Shown: positions 58,444-64,000 of the stretch, in pieces
How the letters are laid out: each line of letters begins with the position of its first letter
How positions within the stretch are numbered: the stretch's first letter is position 1
Source of the DNA: an archaeon
Lineage (GTDB): Archaea > Nanobdellota > Nanobdellia > Woesearchaeales > GW2011-AR9
DNA: 64,000 bases
Assembly (NCBI GenBank): GCA_018696395.1
Contig: JABHQR010000023.1
Coordinates: 15,180-79,179, forward strand
Reading direction: 5' to 3'
Made by a program: the position numbers and the translations under genes
The notes under the pieces: model-generated
Seen by the model: only the letters and a program-made list of their open reading frames with translations
Databases searched by the model: none
What the model was told of the DNA's origin: nothing

Positions 58444-59319
58444 TAGTCTTGACAAAAGATGAACATGTAAACGTAAAATATGACCATAATGCATTGACAT
58501 GATTAATTTTTCCCCTTTCAAATTTTTCTTTAAATCCTTTTCCAATGAATTATTAATATAATCAACAGTTTCTAACCAAAGATTATTTGAATCATTGAAA
58601 TCTTTCTTTAAGAAAGATTTGTAGGATTTATCAAAATTATTGAATATTAAATAATCTAATTCAGATTTCTTGATATTATATTTTACAAAATCTACCGAAT
58701 AAATATAATAGGCATGAGCTAATTTTTCTAAAATAGTCACAAGATCGTAATAATCATAAGATTTATCACCACCAAATTTATTAGAATGAATTAATCTTAA
58801 ACAATGATCTCTTAGTTTAATAGTATTAGGTTTCAACATAATTTTCAAATTGTTAAGATCAACTTTTAACCCATCAGTGTATGCTGTTTCAGAGATATAT
58901 TTTGTTAATTGAAACATTTTAATAATTAAATTATCGATATTATTTCCTTCAGATAAAAGGAAGGATTTTATAACATAATTTTTTTTATTACCAGAAATAA
59001 CCTCTAACCCAGTAAAAGAATTAACAACTTCATTGATTTTTTCTAGATCCCTCCCATCTTTAAATTTAATTATAATTTCATCATATCCACTTTTATATGT
59101 TGAAGCAATTAAACTTCTTAAATGATAATGATTAGTTTTGCCCAAAACTATTTCTTTGACCTTATTACTAAAAGAACTGTCACATTTAATGATCAGTTTT
59201 TTCCCACTATTTTCAATATCTATTTCATCACCAGGTTTAAGACTATTATCCCTAATCCATTTTCTAGGTAATGTTAATGTTAAAGCATCATATCCTTGCT
59301 TGATTAATTTTCTTTTCAT
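58426..59319 (-). CDS. AbrB/MazE-domain PhoU-like phosphate uptake regulator
   Basis: RKLIKQG...LTLPRKW....LKPGDEI, LI.STY.SGYDEI, GLEVI, LEKLAH. Confidence 0.82.
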   Translation of the reverse strand: MKRKLIKQGYDALTLTLPRKWIRDNSLKPGDEIDIENSGKKLIIKCDSSFSNKVKEIVLGKTNHYHLRSLIASTYKSGYDEIIIKFKDGRDLEKINEVVNSFTGLEVISGNKKNYVIKSFLLSEGNNIDNLIIKMFQLTKYISETAYTDGLKVDLNNLKIMLKPNTIKLRDHCLRLIHSNKFGGDKSYDYYDLVTILEKLAHAYYIYSVDFVKYNIKKSELDYLIFNNFDKSYKSFLKKDFNDSNNLWLETVDYINNSLEKDLKKNLKGEKLIMSMHYGHILRLHVHLLSRLLSCNA

Positions 59320-59448
59320 AAAACATAATTTCTTTATCTTTTTTATAAATCTTCTGCATTAATATGATTAATATTAATTATATTGGATAAATATAACTAA
59401 TGGTTTGTTTCTACTAACGGATTATAAAATCACAGTTTAAACATAATA

Positions 59449-60099
59449 ATGCTTAAATGGAGGAAAAAAATGATAAGAAAAAAAAGTTTAGAAAGTAGTG
59501 GCATGGTGTTATGTGACTTTGGTGATAAAGCAGTTGATCAAATTATGAGGGATACTGAAACAGATATAAGAACAAGAAAACAAGCCTTAAAAGATGGTTT
59601 TGGAATGATGAATGCACAAGAAAATATTGTTCCTAATTCAGCAGACCATATTGCTCACGAAATGTTTTATGACCCTAGTGATCCTGGAATGAAGTATGGT
59701 GGACCATTAAGTAGTGCAATGAGCAGTGATGAAAGAGTTACAGAATTAATTAAAAAAAATTATAAAGTATGTGATGAAAAAATCAAAGGCTTAAGAGTTA
59801 TAAGATATGATGCTGATCTTGAAATTTATAGCATTAATGTACAAAAAACAATTGAAGAGACTCTAAAAAGAGATTTAGAAGTTGATCAAACTAATTTAAA
59901 TACTATGCTAGAAACTGAAGGGTTAATAAATCAAGAATTATTATATGGACTTAATGTGTTAACAATAAATGCCAATCAAGAAAAGATTTATAGTTTAGCC
60001 AGGGATGATGAATTAATTAAAAAAATTGAAAGATTAAAAGAAAGTTTGCCAAATAATTATACATTAAATAAAGAATTTTTAGTTGATTTAGGTAACTAG
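59449..60099 (+). CDS. Hypothetical protein, paralog of 60284-61003 (start may be ATG 59470 after GGAGG)
   Basis: Shares QAL.DGFGMM, IRYDADLEIYSIN and LETEGLINQELL with the next gene. Confidence 0.75.
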   Translation: MLKWRKKMIRKKSLESSGMVLCDFGDKAVDQIMRDTETDIRTRKQALKDGFGMMNAQENIVPNSADHIAHEMFYDPSDPGMKYGGPLSSAMSSDERVTELIKKNYKVCDEKIKGLRVIRYDADLEIYSINVQKTIEETLKRDLEVDQTNLNTMLETEGLINQELLYGLNVLTINANQEKIYSLARDDELIKKIERLKESLPNNYTLNKEFLVDLGN

Positions 60100-60154
60100 G
60101 TCATTTTTTATTTTTACTATCTCTTTAAAATTAATTATGTAGTCTTTTTTGTTG

Positions 60155-60197
60155 AATCCCTAATTAGTAGTAAATCAACTAGAAACATTTATAAATA
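60155..60197 (+). promoter_or_regulatory. Promoter (BRE+TATA) with upstream CTAATTAG-core element
   Basis: AGAAACA-TTTATAAA at 60181-60195; AATCCCTAATTAGTAGTA at 60155-60172. Confidence 0.5.
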
Positions 60198-60283
60198 AAT
60201 TGAATTATAACACAAGTAGAGGTTCTTAGATAGTTATTAATTATTCATATAAAGACACTAATTTTCACGGAGGAAAAAATAAA

Positions 60284-61003
60284 ATGACACGAGAAGGCGG
60301 ACAAAAAGATGCTTTTGAATGTATGGTCTTGAACGAAAGCAACCCACGTTGGAGACAAGCAGCAATTGCAAAAGGTTTTGGTTCAATGGGATACTATGAA
60401 GAACATGCTCCTGGATGCCAAGATAGAACATTATCTAAAATGAGATATAATCCAGATGGGAGAGGCAATGAACCTACCAGAGACCAACTTGCTTATGCGT
60501 ATAAAAAAAGTACCATTGGCAAACCAGGATTTGTTGTAGATAAAGCCCATGATAAAAGAAAATATCATCTTAATTTAGTAGATAATTTCATTATAGATAA
60601 TTATCAAGTTCATCCAGAATTAATGAGTAATGATCAAAGAATAAATGCAAGATTAATCAATTTTGATTCTGATTTAGAGTTATATGCATTAAATCATCAA
60701 GAAACTATCAGAGCAGGTAAAGCAATAAGTGAAGGAGAATATGCAAAAAGTACTTTTCCAAACCTTACTAATAGTGAGATTGTAGAAAAATTAGAAGTTG
60801 AAGGAGTTATGAATGAAAATTTATTAATGGCATTAACTTACATTAAGGATGGAATTGATTCTACAACAATTGATAATGAAGAGATTAGAACTCAAGCAAT
60901 AAAAATTAGAAAATCAATTGTAGGATTTAATGTAGAAAGTGAAAAACATTTTTATAATGTTCCAGGAGCTTTTGTATTCCTACCAAATTATTTATCAAAG
61001 TAA
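60284..61003 (+). CDS. Hypothetical protein, paralog of 59449-60099
   Basis: AAIAKGFGSM, INFDSDLELYALN, LEVEGVMNENLL; GGAGG RBS. Confidence 0.78.
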   Translation: MTREGGQKDAFECMVLNESNPRWRQAAIAKGFGSMGYYEEHAPGCQDRTLSKMRYNPDGRGNEPTRDQLAYAYKKSTIGKPGFVVDKAHDKRKYHLNLVDNFIIDNYQVHPELMSNDQRINARLINFDSDLELYALNHQETIRAGKAISEGEYAKSTFPNLTNSEIVEKLEVEGVMNENLLMALTYIKDGIDSTTIDNEEIRTQAIKIRKSIVGFNVESEKHFYNVPGAFVFLPNYLSK

Positions 61004-61074
61004 TTAATTTAATTTATTTTTTTTATATTTTTTGTTATAATTCAGTTTAATTTTATTATAGGAGAATTAATTTA

Positions 61075-61989
61075 ATGAAACCAGAAGATTTAATCGGAAA
61101 AACAATTTTACAAGAGGATTATGAAATAAATTCAAAACCATATTATGAACCTGTTGGAAATGAAATTGAAATGTTTAAATCAGCATTTTACTCCGCCATC
61201 CCCATTTCTTTAATTGGACCCACTGGTTGTGGTAAAACTGCTTTAACCAAATTTATGGCATACCAATTAAGAAAAGAGATGATTGAAGTAGGTTACAAAG
61301 AAAGATTTGAAAATAGTGGTGAAGGGAGAGTATTCAAATTCCCTTACATTGAAGTTGCTTGTAATGAAGATACAACTGCAAACGATTTAATTGGAAGGTA
61401 CAATATTAACCACAAATGGATGCCTGGACCACTATATATGGCAGCTAAAAAAGGGGGCTTGATTGTTCTTGATGAAATTTTAGAAGCAAGAGAAGACGTT
61501 TCAGTAGTTATTCATTCATTAACAGATGATCGAAGATATTTACCAGTATTAAAGAAAGGGGAAAATGTAATTCCACCAGATCATTTTGGATTTGTAGTAT
61601 GTTACAACCCAGGATATAGTATTAAATCAAAACAAATGAAACCAAGTACCGCACAAAGATTTTGTACTATTAGAATGGATTATCCACCAACAGAACTAGA
61701 AAAAAAGATTGTTATGAAAAGTTCAGGAGCAGATGAAAAATTAGCTAAAAAATTAGTAAATTTAGCAAGTAAAGTTAGAGAATCTGCAAGTGAAGGGAAT
61801 AACCCATTAAATTTACAAGAAGGTGCAAGTACAAGATTATTAATAAGAACCGCAGAGATTTATTTAACTAGTCAAAAAAAGGGATATGGCTTAAGCATTG
61901 AAGATTGTATTGAAACAGCAATATTTAACCCAATATCTACTGATGAGACCAATATTGAAGCTTTAAGAAATTTTTACAAAATGTTATAA
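61075..61989 (+). CDS. CbbQ/NirQ/NorQ-family MoxR AAA+ ATPase
   Basis: YYEPVGNEI, GPTGCGKT, VACNED.TA.DLIGR, LDEILEAR.D..VVIH.LTDDRR.LP, YNPGY, KPST.QRF, DYP, EGASTRLL. Confidence 0.92.
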   Translation: MKPEDLIGKTILQEDYEINSKPYYEPVGNEIEMFKSAFYSAIPISLIGPTGCGKTALTKFMAYQLRKEMIEVGYKERFENSGEGRVFKFPYIEVACNEDTTANDLIGRYNINHKWMPGPLYMAAKKGGLIVLDEILEAREDVSVVIHSLTDDRRYLPVLKKGENVIPPDHFGFVVCYNPGYSIKSKQMKPSTAQRFCTIRMDYPPTELEKKIVMKSSGADEKLAKKLVNLASKVRESASEGNNPLNLQEGASTRLLIRTAEIYLTSQKKGYGLSIEDCIETAIFNPISTDETNIEALRNFYKML

Positions 61990-62065
61990 TTATTTTAACT
62001 TTTTGTAAATCTTATTTTTAATAATAATAATAATAATAAATTAAAACTTAACTTTCTAACATAAA

Positions 62066-64000
62066 ATGGAAGAAAATCAAGAACAACAACCGGAAGAAGA
62101 GAAAAAAAGTATTTCTGAAATTTTAAACGAATTGTTAACTTGTGAGAAAGATTTTGAAACCATATCTGGAAGTAAAAAGGATCCAAGTGGATACTCTGTT
62201 CGTGAAAAAAATATTTTAAACGACGCGATAAAATGGTTTAATTACATTAACCACCATAAAAGTCAACACAGTAAAATCAAGAAAAAAATAACCAAAGATG
62301 AAATTTTTAAAAGATTAGAAGAAGTATTAACAAGAGATGAAAATATTAGGAATTTAATTAGTGAAGAATTTGATAGAGAAACATCACCTTACTCTTTGAA
62401 AAAAGATTTAGGATTATATAAAAGGGTTACAGATGAAGGAAAAGTTAGAATTGAATATTACCAATACAATGCTTTATGTGAAGATTTTTGTTCAATACTT
62501 AGCACAGTAGGGTGTATAAATGATAAGCCGGGATTAATCGAAAAACAAATTGAATTAAGAAGAAATTTTGAAGAGTTTGAAAGAAGACACTTGTTTCAAG
62601 ACACATATTTTCGTTATATTTTTCAAAATGGGCCTTTAAATAATTTAGAAAAAATTGCTCATTTAGCTTCTATTGACAAAATTACAGGTAAACCTTATTT
62701 GAAAGAATTAAGGGATGGAAAGTATGTTGGAAATGCTTTTTCTTTGGATATTTTTAGACATGTGGTAGATATTAGCAGCACATATGATGAAGAAAAAAAA
62801 CTAAGATCTAAAATATTATTAAGTGATAATAACGAAACATCTTCAAGAAAAAAAGTATTTAAAAGTAAGAGAGACATAGGGCCAACAAGAGGTAAAATAA
62901 CAGAAATCCTAATTAAAAAAAATTCAAAAAGAAGTAATAAAACAAAAAAATCAGCTACCATTAGAGAGATCTTATTTGAATCTAATGACGAGGATTATTA
63001 TATTAGTAAAGAACATTTTTTAGATCTGATAATGGGGAGAAATTTCCCTAAAACTTCTTATCAAAGTTATCAATCAATTTTAGACCATGTATTAATGTTC
63101 AACCCACAAGATACAAGTGAACTATCAAAAGTGAAATCATTATTGCATCAAGTTCACACTAATTTCAAAGATAACCAATTTGAGATTTTAACTAGAAGTA
63201 AAGAAGTATTAAGCTGTGATGAAGTTGTAAGAGAAATTTATCATGTTTATGAAAAATATTTTGTGAGAATGTTTTCTGACAGTCAAATTGAAAGATTAAG
63301 TCAAATAAAAGATTTTATGCACGAACTATTTATTGATCATGCTTATAGTAAAGATTGCATTCCAAAAATTAGAAAAAAAATAAGAACATTATTTGAAGAA
63401 GATAAGTTAAGCCCAAGAGAAACATTTGACCTTGTTGAAAAAACTAAACAGATATACCCCTCAATAAGAACAAGCGAACTTTTAGATGAGTGGAGACCAT
63501 ATCTTCTAAAAGGAGATTCTTATCGAAAAAATACTATTGAAAAAGAATTGGAAGGGATAAGCAAATTTAAAGAAAGTGCACATAAAAAAAGAAACTTTAC
63601 TTCAAGATATAATATTTTCGACATTATAAATAAATCAATAAATTTTCTAGATTCTAGAGGATATGATAAATATTTAAAAAGGTTACAAGTTAGAGATTAT
63701 GTTCTAACAAATTTTAAAGATAACCTTAAAGGCCATTACCTAACCAAAATATTTGAAGAAGTATACTTAAACGGAAATTATGACGACTTTGACCCAGAAA
63801 AAACATTAAAAGCAATTACCAATGTTAAAGAAAAAGAAACTCACGAAGTTTATGATTTTAGAGACCAAGATAGTTTAGAAGAATTTCTTTCAACCTTAAA
63901 AGGCCAAGTTAAATTGTATGAGATGGTTGATGATCATAGAAATTACGAAGAATTAGAAAAAGAGTTTATGACAATGACCATGAGAAAAAAAACAAGGTTT
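62066..64000 (+). CDS. Large hypothetical protein, partial (>=645 aa), downstream of the CbbQ-like ATPase
   Basis: Manual translation MEENQEQQPEEEKKSISEILNELL...; frame consistent with the window end (…EFMTMTMRKKTRF); absent from the track because no stop lies inside the window. Confidence 0.75.
   Translation, partial: MEENQEQQPEEEKKSISEILNELLTCEKDFETISGSKKDPSGYSVREKNILNDAIKWFNYINHHKSQHSKIKKKITKDEIFKRLEEVLTRDENIRNLISEEFDRETSPYSLKKDLGLYKRVTDEGKVRIEYYQYNALCEDFCSILSTVGCINDKPGLIEKQIELRRNFEEFERRHLFQDTYFRYIFQNGPLNNLEKIAHLASIDKITGKPYLKELRDGKYVGNAFSLDIFRHVVDISSTYDEEKKLRSKILLSDNNETSSRKKVFKSKRDIGPTRGKITEILIKKNSKRSNKTKKSATIREILFESNDEDYYISKEHFLDLIMGRNFPKTSYQSYQSILDHVLMFNPQDTSELSKVKSLLHQVHTNFKDNQFEILTRSKEVLSCDEVVREIYHVYEKYFVRMFSDSQIERLSQIKDFMHELFIDHAYSKDCIPKIRKKIRTLFEEDKLSPRETFDLVEKTKQIYPSIRTSELLDEWRPYLLKGDSYRKNTIEKELEGISKFKESAHKKRNFTSRYNIFDIINKSINFLDSRGYDKYLKRLQVRDYVLTNFKDNLKGHYLTKIFEEVYLNGNYDDFDPEKTLKAITNVKEKETHEVYDFRDQDSLEEFLSTLKGQVKLYEMVDDHRNYEELEKEFMTMTMRKKTRF

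Noticed and set aside
62018-62040. (TAA)n microsatellite after the CbbQ-like gene
   Set aside because: A short low-complexity tract in AT-rich intergenic DNA with no evidence of function.
3849-62961. Short antisense or alternate-frame ORFs in the track (e.g. 3849, 5158, 5664, 7310, 7344, 17343, 17865, 23198, 32438, 33949, 39786, 41304, 41673, 42400, 42709, 45074, 45312, 46516, 46640, 46845, 46982, 49798, 59138, 61995, 62695)
   Set aside because: They are nested in or opposite better-supported genes and have shadow-ORF composition.
1-64000. CRISPR array, rRNA or tRNA genes
   Set aside because: No regularly spaced 25-40 bp repeats and no long GC-rich RNA gene segments were seen.

Overview
AT-rich archaeal chromosomal segment. 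Archaeal-type IleRS, TFS, TrmB, S26B signal peptidase, TATA/BRE promoters and GAGGTG ribosome-binding sites point to a DPANN archaeon, probably Woesearchaeota-like (inference). The left half (1-31,943, minus strand, continuing beyond the window edge) is a tightly coupled array of 22 complete paralogous genes plus one partial gene. Their N-terminal and middle regions are highly divergent, but all complete members share a ~100-aa C-terminal helical domain and most have an N-terminal L[ED]xx[ILV] motif. Embedded in the array is a divergent CbbQ/NorQ-type MoxR AAA+ ATPase with a NorD/CbbO-type VWA protein carrying an HExxH motif. The right half holds housekeeping and accessory genes: ileS, an MNT-HEPN-like fusion, malic enzyme, AlkD, an ArmA/Rmt-like rRNA methyltransferase, Maf, TFS, CYTH, a dTMP cluster (tandem ThyX, Tmk-like kinase, kinase-dCMP deaminase), an APH-like kinase and AbrB-PhoU. 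It ends with a second, canonical CbbQ/NorQ ATPase preceded by another paralog pair. A ~205-nt highly structured candidate RNA precedes thyX, and several unannotated small ORFs are present. No CRISPR array, tRNA, rRNA, transposase or integrase was seen. All assignments come from motif recognition by eye; no searches were run.
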